From NCBI GenBank assembly GCA_964199315.1, contig OZ116710.1:17484001-17548000 (forward strand): a stretch of DNA of 64,000 nt, in the 5' to 3' direction. Below, piece by piece: positions 24,586 through 37,835 of this stretch (positions within the stretch are counted from its first letter, which is position 1; each line of letters opens with the position of its first letter). The notes below the pieces were generated by a model. That model made no database searches. It saw only the letters and a program-made list of their open reading frames with translations, and had not been told where the DNA came from. The translations under genes and the position numbers were made by a program. Source of the DNA: Orbicella franksi. Its lineage: Eukaryota.

Positions 24586-25013
24586 CAGTGAAACCTGTAT
24601 TAAGCGGACCCCACATTAGGCGGACATACACCCTCTATTAAATTTTACTTTAAAATAAACCTGCGTTCAGCGGATACGGAAACCAATATTAAGCCATTTT
24701 GTTGCACAAAACCCGCGAAAGCAGACACTTCAAGGGATTTTTACTTCTAAAAGCTCAGCACAGACTCCTTTAACATTGTTCAGCGATGTCGTTTTAAAGC
24801 TAAGTAAATTATTTTAGATTGATGCATTGACTCGCGGCATGAACATTGTGTTATGAGCAGTTTGACCTTACACTGTGTTACACTGTGTTACAAAAGATTT
24901 AATAATTAACTAATACTCCACAATATATTAGAACCTGTTTAGAGCGAACACCCTGTATTAAGGGCACATTAGTGAGTGTCCCAAGGGTATCCCTTTTAAT
25001 ATAGGTTTCACTG
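24586..25013. mobile_element. Tc1/mariner-type MITE
   Basis: TIR CAGTGAAACCTGTATTAA / TTAATATAGGTTTCACTG with TA on the left and CA on the right; orthologous copies at 52461 and 63651. Confidence 0.7.
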
Positions 25014-26940
25014 CAATACCACAGTATGTGGTTTTGTGCAGAAGTTTGCAAATTCTCCTTGGGTAATTACTTAATATCTTTTTATATAACACTGACAAAA
25101 AAAAAAATTTAGACGATGTTGACTATTCCTGAAAATTGTTTGTTTAAAAATAATCCTCAGTCAAGCGAAAGTTTCCGATCATTTTCCGAAAAATTCCAAA
25201 GATTTCCCGAAGATTTAGGATAGACATTTATAATTGTGTTCGACTATCACTGTTCAGTTCATTCATTAGTTTAAAAGAGACTGCTGGACAGACATTCGAA
25301 AATGTTTCGATTAACAATGTTTAATTTATTCATTACTTGACAATTGTTATTTCATCGTAAAATTGTCAGCGGTAAAAATCTGCATCACAGTTTTTATGAT
25401 AAGATCAGTCACGGCTTACAGTCTGGTGATGTGCGACTTATGGAAAAGGTTTTTGCGGGTGTGTAGTTTCCAGTATTCAAGCGTGTACCGTAAAAAGAAA
25501 TCCGATAAATAATGTGGGTTAGCGGTTATCAAGAAATAATTCCTTCAATTTATCATTTACTGAGCAAAGCAAATCAAAGTTACTGCATTTAAGTTCATCG
25601 GTTAAGTGCCTACCTTGCAGCTGTGGTTGTTGAAGAAAATGGTCACAAGTTGAAGAACGTTTCACCTTTATATATCCAGTTTCTAGAAAACACCGCTGTC
25701 ATGTTTCTAAAATAAGTTATCTTTTGATCTGTACCGGTTTAAAGGGGTACAGGTTAAGACATGTTTGAGAGTTGAGTACGTTCCCCCCAAAAATATCACA
25801 ACAAAACAACAACAACAAATTTGTAAACTATTCTACAGTTTTGAGGAAATATATCAAACACCGGAGACAAGGTTTTACCACATTCCTGAACACCGAAAAG
25901 AGAGTTGAAAATAGGACGTGCAGCACAGTGGAGTATGTTTGACGAACTTCGGACTTCGGAACGACCTTCGGCACGTTCTGCACCTTACCACGAAGATCCA
26001 ATTAATACATTGTCCTTGAAGTTGGCTGAGGTTCATGATTGTTTCTTTGTGATCTATCGAAACAGCAATTCACGCTCTTAACACGTCGATATATTTGTAC
26101 GTGTGCTATAAATTAACCAGCGTTAAACATCGAGGTCAACAGATCTCACATGTGATCAGCTGCGTGTAGTTTTGTTTGTATAAGGACTGCCACACGATTC
26201 ATGCCTGTGAAAAGGATTTTGTTAACACCTGTAAATCCTCAGTTGAGCCTGACTGGCATTTATTACGGTTAATTTATTTAGCGCAAAGCACAGCTATTGA
26301 ATGTAATACCTCCTAGTAAAACGAATAATTACAAAAGATACTGCAAAATTACAAACAAGATGACTCTGAGAAGACAATTCTAATAAATGTTAAAATCTTC
26401 GATTACATATGTGCACAGTTAATCAATCAGCTTTAATGTACTGGCAATTTTGTAATATCTTGAGGATCTTTGTAATCCCTAAACAATTTGAGGGAATTTG
26501 TATGTACTCAAAACCAGTCCGTTTAGCAACAACCTTACACAGTTTAGGGATCCAGCAAAGGTACGTGGACAAGTCACGTTTTCTGTTTGTTACCATTTGA
26601 GACAATTCGATTGCTTCTGGAATAAAGTACATCCCAAAGGGTTTCCACCGACTGCCTTGATAATTAGTCTAGCACCCGTTCTCCTGGTTAAGATTCTCGT
26701 CAGATAAATCTTGTCTAAAAGTTTCAATGTTTGAATCCACCACCACTTTCGTAATTGAAGTCTGGTGTGTCCCAAGCTCCCAATTTGTAAGGGTAATCAG
26801 GCGTTTTGCAGCCAGCGGAAGCTGGTCCTTTCGGCCTATCTCTCCTCCCAGTTCTGATTCCACTCACTGTCTTCCCCTTCGTCGCCATCATTCGCGCTAC
26901 GAATCCAGTCTTGGTCTACGTGCTTCTGCGACCGTTGCAC

Positions 26941-29180
26941 TCACAACTGGGACACCGATAAACAACGCAGATCATGTCGCACTCCGCACGTGGCTGCATC
27001 CAGGCTGGTCTCGTGAATACGTGTGGTGGCGGTGCGGCTGGGCTCAACCGAAGCACCTCTGAAACGGTTTCTGAAGGCGCGCTTGAATTCGTTCAACCTG
27101 AGCATGTAAATGATCGGGTTTAGAGCGCTGTTTACTCCCAACATCACAATAACGGCAGAGCGGATTGCATCGGGTACTCCACTAGGACCGAGTTTGACGG
27201 TGAGCAGGACATAGACCACCGCTGGGACATAGCAAAGCACAAACGCTCCAATCACCATTACTGTAAGAAAAAAAAAGGGAAATTAAAAAGATATCTATAT
27301 TAACTACTAGAAATCGCACGATGGTGAACGTTCACTGATCTTAGCGGGTCTAGGGCACGCCACACCCTTCATATCATCACACTAGCAGCATAACGTACAG
27401 AAATATACAGGGTTTACTGCAATTACGAACCAGTGGGAGGAAGAGCCGATAGACTGGAGCGTAACGAAAAGTGAAAGAGAAAAAATAATGTGGTTGGCCC
27501 TTATATCTACAATCATGAGCAAAAATATTGGGCAAATTTACACTTGTGGCGCTTTCTCACGTAAAACAAACAGTCGCGGGCGAATTCAACTACACTTGCT
27601 CACCCCCTCACCGTACTCGTAAGTTTTCCTGTCCTGTCATTTATATTGGATGGCGGACAGGGACATGGCAAGGTATTTCAAAAAGGATTTTTCCAACTTC
27701 AGTCTGCATGTTGTAAAACACAGATAACAAATGGCAATACAACAGCGGTCAAGGCTCGAGCCTTGGCCGGGGACAGTGTGCTGTTTCTTGGTCAAGACAC
27801 TATTCTCTCACATTGTCTCTTCTCATCCCGGTGCTTAAATCAGTTCCAGAAAATTTAATGCTAAGAGGTAACCCTGGGATGTACCAGCATACGACTGTTC
27901 GAGCACTGTTCGAGCGTTCGAGCCAAGTGGCCTGATGGGCCACTTGGCTTGAATGCCGACTTCGCCTTAACCTTACCCTTGGGTGTAATCAAGTGTCGTG
28001 AGCTCAAAATCATCTCCCACGGATCAGGCGCGTACAATTGCGACACGAAAAAAGAAAAAAAGAAAAAAAAAAAAAAAAAAAAAGGCCGAAAAAAACAAAG
28101 GTCGACAAACCTTGACAAGGGACAATACTGGCCCTAGTAATAATTTTTATCTACGCTTCCGCGGGAGAGTGTTAATATTATTCTTAATTTGCTATCACAC
28201 ACACGATGTCCGTTTCATAAAATAGGCATTTGTAGCTCACGCGTTTGACTATGCTATCGGTTTCTTTTAGTCCTAAACATAGAATTTCCTGGTTAAAATG
28301 CGCATTTAATGTATTTTCTGTCAGTCCTGTCAGTGACCTAATCGGATAAAATCTCAATATGCTTCGGAAACTAAATTACTATAGTAAAGGGAAACAAAAT
28401 TTAAACTATCAATCTCTTGCTACCTATTGTCTTCATCCATTTCATCTCTTTCCTCCTCCTTCTTCTCATGTCAGCTATCTCAGGATTCAGGTTTTCGCCA
28501 GGCTCAACTCGGTTGCTCTGAAACCAAGAGATCTTAGCGATGTGGCCGTAGACGAATATCAGCACCGCAAAAGGAATCGCATCGAACAGAGTGATGTTGA
28601 AGACAAGATGGACTTTGTGCAACAAGCCAGGTTCACTAGTGGACTCTGAGCAACCTAAGATGCTTGTTCTAAACTGAGTGCTGTCACTGTCAACATAAAA
28701 CAGGGGCAATACCACCATGGAAACCACAGGAGCACCCCAGGCTACTAACAAGGCTAGTTTTACTCGTGTTCTGGTGACAATTTCGGTGTACCTCAGAGGG
28801 TAAAGGATAGCTATGTAGCGATCGCAACTGAGTAGACAAATGTGAGCAATATCGACGTGCACGAGTGTTGCTTGTATGATTACGAAATGCTCGCACAATT
28901 TGGACACAGCCTCAAAGTCGTAGAGCCAGATCAAGCGAAAGAGAAGACACGACAGCCAGGAGAAGTCAGACATTGCTAAGCTGGCCAGAATATAACTGTC
29001 TGGTTTTTGACGGAGGCTTGTCACGCGCCAAATGGCCAAACAAACACAAATGTTACCAACCAAGTTTGCTATGACAGTGGGGCCTAGAACTGCAGTTTGC
29101 AAGGCTGTGGATACAATACTCGCAGACGACGCAGTCAAGCTCCCGCCAGAATGTCGAGACCCGTCAAACGAATCGCCCAT
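26941..29180 (-). CDS. Class A orphan GPCR G2, two exons, 358 aa, intact
   Basis: Exon 1 29180-28424 (757 nt) and exon 2 27260-26941 (320 nt), phase-1 GT-AG intron; motifs GN, LAMSD, C3.25, CDRY, WGAP, CYVP, NPIIY. Confidence 0.92.
27745..27978 (+). mobile_element. 5'-truncated, degraded copy of the tRNA-derived SINE in the G2 intron (orthologue at about 56670-56915 in G5)
   Basis: Similarity to 22395-22694: CTCGAGCCTTGGCCGGGGACA, CAAGACAC, GGCCTGATGGGCCACTT, TTACC tail; absent from the G1 intron. Confidence 0.75.
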
Positions 29181-32039
29181 GCTGGTTTGTTGGCTCGATG
29201 CCTCACAAGTTTGCGTCGCTTGATTACTGGCGCTGCATGTTTATGAGCGGCGATGAAATTTTCACCTCACTTCTTTATAAATAGTTCTTTTCTTAAATGG
29301 TTTAGATAAACTTCCTCGTTATTGTTCGAGCGGCTTGCAAATTTTAAAGTAATAACAAGGCCGGAAAATAATATTCAAATCTAGAAACGAAAACCGAGAA
29401 TTCTCCTAGCACGAATCGACCGTTTACGAAACAATCCTCTTGTTTAAACGGAGGAATGGAAAGAGTTTCCGATGAAATCTCACGAGAAGAGTTTATCACA
29501 AACTAACAAGGTTATTTAACAATATAAGTGGAAAAAATACCCGAAAATTAAGAGAGATTCTTCAGGTCGGTCGCAGTACAGTGTTTGTTTTCGTAATAGT
29601 TGTAAAGGCGACTTTTAACGTGTGTTTAAATTTTGAAAATTAAACGCAAAACTGCAATAAACATTTCCCGAAGTAACACAGGGGAGTATATGGAAAGCCA
29701 AATAAATGATGAAATCCGTTAAGAGTTCAGTTTTCATGTTTAAAATACCGAAATTGTCGCCCAATTTTAACAGGAAATAACATACTTTGTTCATTATCTC
29801 AGCCATGCAAAACAGTTTAATCTTTATAATCTGCCTTGAACTTTTTTCTTTTCTTTAAAACACGTGACTATAGACAAATGCTATTAACATCACTTATTTT
29901 GTTAATCGACATTTAAATCCAGTGATACAAAGGGAGGGAAGTGTGGAAAAGCACATGCCAAGTCCAGAATTTTTTTTAATGAAATTTCAGTTTAAATGGT
30001 CAAATTTCAGTACCAAAAATAACAAGAAATTAAAGAGCATACTGTATTTGGAGAGCCTTCATTGGCGAAAGGTGTCCAAGTTTCAATTAGTATTATTATT
30101 ATTGTTGTCGTTATCAATATCATATGAAAGCGAGAGCAATTAAGGATTTTACGGTACGAGTGATATTTCGAAAATTCTTAGCCCAGTTTAGGCAAGTGTA
30201 ATTTGAAAGAATTTCTTAAATAAAAATTAAAAATAAAAATCGTAACCACATTCAATAAAAAATTATTCTCTTTAAGTTGGAAAATTTTAAAAAAAAATTG
30301 TTCGAAAGGGGTAAAAGATATAGCTGAAATCGTGCACAAAAGCCGTTGCTCAAGGATAAAATTTGTTATTGTATTTGGAGAAATGTTTCACTACACTGGT
30401 ATCCTAGTGAACGAGCGAGCCGTGAATATTATGTGACTTTGCGCGTCAGCGTTAGAACAAAAAACATCCAATGAAACGACTTACTTCGACCTTTCTGTGT
30501 GCTACTTGTGTTTCCGTGCCGTTTCAAAGCGATTCTAATGAGTTATAGTTTCACTTTTACATCTCTCCACATATAGAAAGGGAAACAGTGAGCATATATT
30601 GAACAATTATGACGTTATGTCTTTTGCGTTACTTTTACATTTCAACCCTTCTCTTTGCTTATCAAAAAACATGAACGATTTTTTCTTTAAAAGTGCACCC
30701 ACTCAAGCAGGTGCAAGTAATAAAACATTAAGAAATTTCCTTCAAGCTAAGCTCGACAGCAAACTTAATGTTCCATTTTGTCCTAAACGAGCACGGTGAT
30801 CTCCACTTTATAATGCATTAATTTAAGTCACATGTGGTTGACTACGGATATACTGCGACTTAAAGAAACGTTTGAAATTCTGGTCTGATATACTTATATC
30901 CGGATGCTTTGAAAAACGCATCTTTAGAAGATGCTGGTTGAATATTATTCTGCTCATCAAAATTCGTTTTTAAAATAGAAGTACTTAAAGCTAAAGTTAA
31001 GGTTGTTTTAGTGGCTACTGTTCTCATGGTAACCTTCGTGTCACGAAAATGATAACAGCGTTGTCACCAACGATTGGACAGTCTTGATACCATGATTGTA
31101 GCATCAACTGATAAAGAGTGGTGATATTGGTTCATCAAAATCTAAGTCTTGGAAAGTGCTGGAAACTGTTTTGAGCCACCTTAAATTGACACTAAAGTTA
31201 CAACTCACGTGTTGCGCGAAGACGAAGTAATAAATCACGAGAAATACGATAAGAGGAAACGGTGACACAAACGAAAAAGGTGTCTCCGTCACACATGTGC
31301 CAAGTCCTCCGTTTTTTCCCTTTGTTTTATTATTACTGTTATTTTTGAAAAAAACCTACGTTTCTTTGTAACCTTCACACCTTTCCACCTGCTTTAATTA
31401 AGGATCAAATAAACAAAATTTAAGTACTTAGTTTAAATAAGTGAATAAAGTTTTCATTCATTTGGAATATTTTAATTCCCAAACCTTTTTTAAGTGACAA
31501 TTGACACGGAGTTATCGAAGACTATTTTAGCTAAGAAATGCTATACATTTTATAAAAAGTTCCTCATAAAACTTCTTTTCGTCAAATTTAAAGGTAAAGC
31601 CTACAGGACGCATTACAATGGCCCTTAATTTTCCGCCGTTTTCTGTTGCTGTGTCAAACCTATTTCGTTAAATGTACACACAAGCTTTGACACTAGTTCT
31701 GAATTAGTTCAGTCCAAGTTTTGAGGCATAAACTTTTTAGGAAGCTGTAGTTTGGTATTTGCGTTCTTAGATCAGGCTGATTTCTTGTTCAAAACATTAG
31801 GTTATGATTGCATTGAAATAATTACAAAGGATTTCCTTTTAGTGACGACTTTAAATATACGGCAAGGACAAAAACGAGGAAAACGAACCCGAGTCGCTGA
31901 AAAAAAAACAAAAAAAAAAACGTATAAATCGAACGTATATACCCGGAACTGTACGTTTATCAATCGCCACTAATAAACATACAGTTCCGCCTGCACAGTC
32001 TGGTAAGAAATCGACCGAGGAAACGAAGTCTTAAACAAC

Positions 32040-34075
32040 ATGGATGGTTCTAATAGCGCTTCTAAAAGTTTTGACCCTAGTTTCACAGCGTCTCAGCCAA
32101 GTACCGTCTCTATTGCTTTACAAACCGCTGTTCTGAGCCCCACGTTAATAGCAAACTTGCTCGGTAACATTTCTGTTTGCCTGGTTATTTATGGCACGCG
32201 TTCCCTCAGACAAAGACCAAGCAGTTCTATTTTGGCCAGCTTAGCAATGTCTGACTTCTCCTTGCTGTCGTTTCTCCTCTTCCGTTTGATTTGGCTGTAC
32301 GATTTTGAAGCAGCAAACAAAGCCTGTAAACATTTTATAGTGCTGTTTGGAGTACTCTTGTACGTCAGCATTGGTCATATTTGTCTTCTTAGTTGCGATC
32401 GCTACATTGCTATCATATATCCTCTGAGGTACACTGAAATTGTTACCAGAACACGCGTGACGCTAGCCCTGTTGGTTGCCTGGGTTGCTCCTGTGATTTC
32501 CATGGTGGTCTTTCCCCTGTTTTACGTTGACAGTGACGGCACTCAGTTTAGAACAAGCATCATAGGTTGCTCTGAGTTCACAAGCGAACATCTCTTGATG
32601 CATAAAGTTCATGTTGTCTTCAACAGCACCCTGTTCGTGGTGATTCCATTTGTGGTGACGATTTTCGTCTATGGCCATATCGCCAAAATCTCATGGTCTC
32701 AGAGCAGCCGAGTTGAGCCTGGCGAAAACCTGAATCCCGAAACGGCTGACTTAAGGAAAAGGAAGCGAAAAGAGATGAAATGGATGAAGACAACAGGTAA
32801 CTAGAGCCTTATTAATCCCACTAATACACATCAAATTAATTTTGCTAGTATTCTAAGTTCATTTTATCAACTTTACTTTAGTCCAGATAGCCATTCATTA
32901 CTTTTCATCTGAATCACGTGTAATGTATTTATGGTGATAACACATCACGTTCTTCTAGAATTAATCAAGAGCCCTATGTGTCATCTCCCGTCACATGCAG
33001 GCAATTAGAGACCCCGTCAGTACACTAATCACGTGATACAAACACAATGCACGATTTTAATAACCGAAAAAAGCGGTTGTTACGTGAGCTACAAATTTGG
33101 GTTTGACGGCGAGAACAAGGAAGCATCTTTTTTTCAGATTATCATGAAATATGGCTTGCTTCTGAGGGATTATTGATATGGCAATGAGATGTTGCCTGCT
33201 ATAAAATGTCCAGAGTTTACATCTATAAAAGAAACTTCGAAAAAAAAGGCAGAAATCCAAACATTAGCCGGTAAGATTACATGACTTATTTTAGCTAACT
33301 TTGACAGTGAATAGCGTGGAAAAATCCTGAAAGAGTCTCTGATTCAAAAGGAACAAACCCTCAAGTATCACCCATATACATGCAGCGCCATGTTCAGTGT
33401 TTTTTTTTTTTTTTTTACTGTTTTGAATGATTAGCATGGTATTCCTTGATAATCATTTGAAATTGAATTAAGAGTTTGGGCCGAAAAAAAACATCGATAA
33501 GAATGATCAATCACCAGACAGGTGTGACTTTAAAATATAGCTTCTCAGAATGAAACACAATGATATAGACCTCAAATAATTTTGGTCGAGAGTAAGGATT
33601 TGCTTTCTTACAGACTTCCTCCTGGCCTAAGTTACATTTTTTAACCTGGCTTTCGTTTTTGTGTTTGCTTTTTTCAGTTATCGTGATCGGTGCGTTCACC
33701 TTGTGCTATCTTCCAGGATTCATCTGTATATTGCTCACGGTAAAACTTGGGCCCAATCGAGTCCCTGACGCACTCCGCCATTCCGCCATCGTGTTGACGG
33801 CAATAAACAGCGCCCTCAACCCAATTGTTTACATGTTCAGATCCAAAGAGTTCAGAATCGCCTTCAAGAAATTATTCAGAGGTACTTCGATTGTTCGCCA
33901 GCCGATTGAAGGCAAAAAGAAAGCCTGGTCACGTCTTGAAGTTTCCACGTGCAACCAACATGGTCGTCAGCCTTCATTTCCAAATGTTCCAACTGGAGAT
34001 GTGAGAGACTTAAGTTTTCATTTACCGGGAAGCTCCGAGATTGCTGTAGAAGTGACTGAAGCAAACCTGCCATGA
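32040..34075 (+). CDS. Class A orphan GPCR G3 (inverted paralogue), two exons, 384 aa, intact
   Basis: Exon 1 32040-32796 (757 nt) and exon 2 33678-34075; same intron position and phase as G2; LAMSD, CDRY, CYLP, NPIVY. Confidence 0.93.
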
Positions 34076-34588
34076 CTAGATGTGCGACCAGCCGTGATTA
34101 GCTATGTCTGCCTGGGTGGTGTTAGAACCAGAGGAAATGTTGACCGTGTTCTTCAATATTCAGTTTCCACTCGAAACTCGAGGTCTACATGCATTAAACT
34201 TTTTATTGTCTGGACAATGATATTCAGTATACGTTGCACCCCCTATTGGAATACCCTAGCCAGCATAGCTAGTTAAGTTTAAATATTAACTGAGGGACAG
34301 AATCAAAGATGGTTGTCAATTAATTAAGAGCACATGTCCACGAAAATCAAACATGGAGCGGCAAACTTGAAAATTTCAAAATCGCTCAAACTTTGGCTAT
34401 GAGTAGTCCGTATTGAACTATTCGTCGCTATGTGGTTCATTGCCATTTTGAAGAAAACCGCATGCCTGAAGTATGAAGCCAGAAGATATCCATTTGCAAT
34501 TAGCTTATTCTACAACTTATCCAGGTTTCAATTTCCAGGTTGTAATTTATATGACATTTGAAAAACAAATCTGACATTGTGCGAAAGC

Positions 34589-35214
34589 TAGGGGTGGCGA
34601 ATGGTAAATGCTAGACTTTGCGAGACGGCGAGACAAGCGTTTTTCGTTGCGAGCCCGAGATGTTTTGACATTTAAGATTGCGAGACCGAGACTTCAAAGT
34701 GTTTTCAGTGCGGGCGCGAGACGTTCAGATTCTTAAACTTTGAGCCCCAGATTTAGTTGAGAGCAAGAATGAGCTTGTACAGCCTTACGCCAGCTTCTTG
34801 GAACTGACTGAAACTGGAAATTCGATTATAACACACTACGTTATGATATCCTAGAGAAAAGTGACTGTTTTTCTGGCGCCAAAACGGACGTTGCGGTAGG
34901 TTTTGTACCTTTTTGTGGAAGTAAGGTAATTAGGAGAAGTTAGAATTAACTTTTTCTCGGAAAATTTGTAAGCTGCTCCATTGAAACTCCATATCAAGTG
35001 AAGAGAAGACGTCATTTATAAAAACAGATAAATGAACGATTTGGGACTTCGAGACCCTTAGCCTTGCGAAAAATCGAGACTCCGAGACAGCTTCCTAGAA
35101 AAATCGAGACTGCGAGACGTACATAACCGCTAAAAAACGAGACTGCGAGATCCGTGAAATTCGACTAAAATTTTATGAGGCCCAGAGCTTTTGAAGGACC
35201 TTTCGCCACTCCTG
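34589..35214. mobile_element. hAT-like MITE
   Basis: TIR TAGGGGTGGCGAATGGT / ACCTTTCGCCACTCCTG; at least ten subterminal CGAGAC motifs; no clear TSD. Confidence 0.65.
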
Positions 35215-36557
35215 AAAGAAACCCCCTGTTTCTTTATGGAAATCACTACCTAACTTGAAAAAGAAATTACCCACTACCTTTATCACAAATTAAACGAAAT
35301 TTAGAGATCAGACCTCTTTAGAGATGGGCTTTTAACTGATATGATTTTTGTTGTGGGGAAATCAGGCTGTGGTCTATGAGAGAGCGCTTAAACTTGCGAG
35401 ATCGAACAAGAGATTGCGTGACCGACCGTGACAGACAGATCTATTATTTCCGCCCAAACTCAGTGAAAAAGCTCTTTGAAAATATAGTGGTTATTCTTGT
35501 TGATGTTGAGTCTTGCTATTTACATGTACTAATGTTTTTAAAATTACAGCGTTTATTGGCATGCTTGTTTTATCAAAACTTCCATAACTTCTGAAATATG
35601 TTTACGTGCTTAGCAGGCTGTACTTGCAATTATCGTTTCTGACTTGCAAAATCCAAGTTGTAGGTATGGATGGGAGATTCACTCGATCCTTCCATCGATC
35701 CTTCTTTCGCTCCTTCCGCCGCTTTCTCATAGACATTCCGCCATCGAATCCGCACGAACGTGTCTATGTATAGAAGTTTATTACATAATGGTGCATTTTG
35801 AGAAGGTGTTCGCTTAATACAGGTTTGAATGTACTCGAGTTACACTTCTATCGACGATCAATTTACACGACAAGTTTATCTCTATTCACTTTAAAATGGC
35901 AAGGAGAGTCACTGTAAGTAAATTCAAACGAGTGTTTGACCTGTGAGAGTTGTTTGGTGTTGTTTCTGGCTGGGCTCTGTAATGACGCGTAATGTGTTTA
36001 TTTCGGCATACAATTTTAACTAAAATACAGTCAGTTTCAGTGGAGTTTACCTCTTCGTTGGTGTATTTAAGAGAATTTCTGTGGAATGCACTTGACGAGT
36101 TTTCGTGCTTTCTGCTATTCAATTTACGGTATAAATGTCTGATTTCAAGCGATTCGCAACGACTGGCAGAAATTGTTTTTGCAGTACGACTTTTAACTTT
36201 TCACAAAATTTCAGAGCGGGAAAACAATTTTGTAGAACATAAGCGGTGAGCTAAACGCAATAAATATTAATTTCTAAGAAAAGTATCTGTTATTCAATAC
36301 ATGCTTTTGTGTCTAACCATTGCGAAGATTTTTGTGAGATTATGCAATATTATTGTACAATCTCATACAGTTATCGGCTCAGTTGAAGGTTTGAGGATTT
36401 TATGAAATCTGAAAATCTCTCCCTGATGAGAGTTAATAATTAATGAAGATAGTGAAAACAAAGCGGCAGACAAGATGATATTTGAGATAAACTGCCTTTG
36501 CTTCTAGTCAAATCCCTTCTAAACGGCTCAAACAGACCCAGGAACACAGGTAAATAA

Positions 36558-37315
36558 AGGTCCGGTAATATGGGCAACATTTTTCTTCAACTTGTCTCGC
36601 AACATTGTTGCATTGCAAGTTGAAACCCTCTGTTGCGCGTATTACCACGTTTGTGACCAACTTGTCTCGCAACATAATACGGAATTCTACTCGTATGATT
36701 GGTCAATCGTGTGTAAATAAAAATGGTTCCTTCTTTCATAATTAAGCGTTTCGACGAACTTGCACTTCTAGTTCTGGGCGTCATTTTCTTCTTAATTTTC
36801 CGCGCCAGCCAAGTTCTCTTAGAGTAAAGCTCAGTGTCGTTTCAGATAGCTAGGCGAAAAGTTGTATGTTTGCGACAGTGCTTCCAAGCCTTTTGCCCCT
36901 TTTGCCGCTTGGTTTGGAGGGGAAAACGAGGTGTCCCAAAGACTGTTAGCCCTCGAGGTCTTTGTACAGGGCAAATTTATGACTTTGCGAGAGTTACTGG
37001 CCTACTTCGAATTGACGCTCGTCTTCACCGTCCGCCATGATTGTTTTGTTTGCCGCGTTGCCGCGCTTTCCGACAGCCAATCACAAGCGTTCAATTCAAA
37101 TTTGTTGCGAGACAAGTTGTAGCTTCAGTGGTAATACGAGCAGCAAAACTGAACTTTGTCCGGTTGCGGAAAACAGAACTCGAGTCTACTTTGCGCAACA
37201 TGTTGCCTCAACTTCCAACACCGTGTTTTGCTGCGAGACAAGTTGGTCACAAACTTGCAATACAACAATGGTGCGAAACAAGTTGAAGAAAAATGTTGCC
37301 CGTATTACTGGACCT
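36558..37315. mobile_element. Tourist/Harbinger-type MITE with long TIRs
   Basis: AGGTCCGGTAATATGGGCAACATTTTTCTTCAACTTG... with its inverted copy ending at 37315; TAA TSD at 36555-57 and 37316-18. Confidence 0.85.
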
Positions 37316-37835
37316 TAAGAGTGCTTTTATTTTGTTAATGATTATGTTATTGCTGATAAAGTGCACGGGTTCCCTGTGCTTTGGGCGTGCGAGAGGATTT
37401 TCATAAAGGCAAATTGAACGGGAGCTTTAAAGCTGCCCACGGACCAAAAATTAAGCTTGTTCTTTTGTTTTTTTAAGCGGTGATGCATTGGTGATCTCAA
37501 ACCCTTTGGTGTGCGATTTTGTGTTTTTCACGCTACGGTGTTCGGTAAAATAAAGTTATCTGCGGTGCAGTGGTTTCTTGTTTGACCTTTCTCAGACCTA
37601 AATTCAGCATCCAAACTTCGTTAATCTGTGCTAATCTATGACAAGCACGCTGTCTAGTTAAACTTCGATATGCTTCAGCTGCCAGTCCGAAGCTGTTTTC
37701 ATTAATACATAACTTGACAAGTAACTTTACCTCTGCCACGATGCAATTGGAGCTGGACCGAATTTATGATTGCTGCGTAGCATTTTCGATTTACCCTGCA
37801 ATCAACCATGATTTAGGTCGGTAACCAAGGTTGAG

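Noticed and set aside
28359-28649. Conserved antisense 96-aa ORF, repeated at 57289-57579 (also similar antisense ORFs over GPCR exon 2 and the collagen exons)
   Set aside because: Conservation follows from near-identical DNA of the sense gene; there is no independent coding signal.
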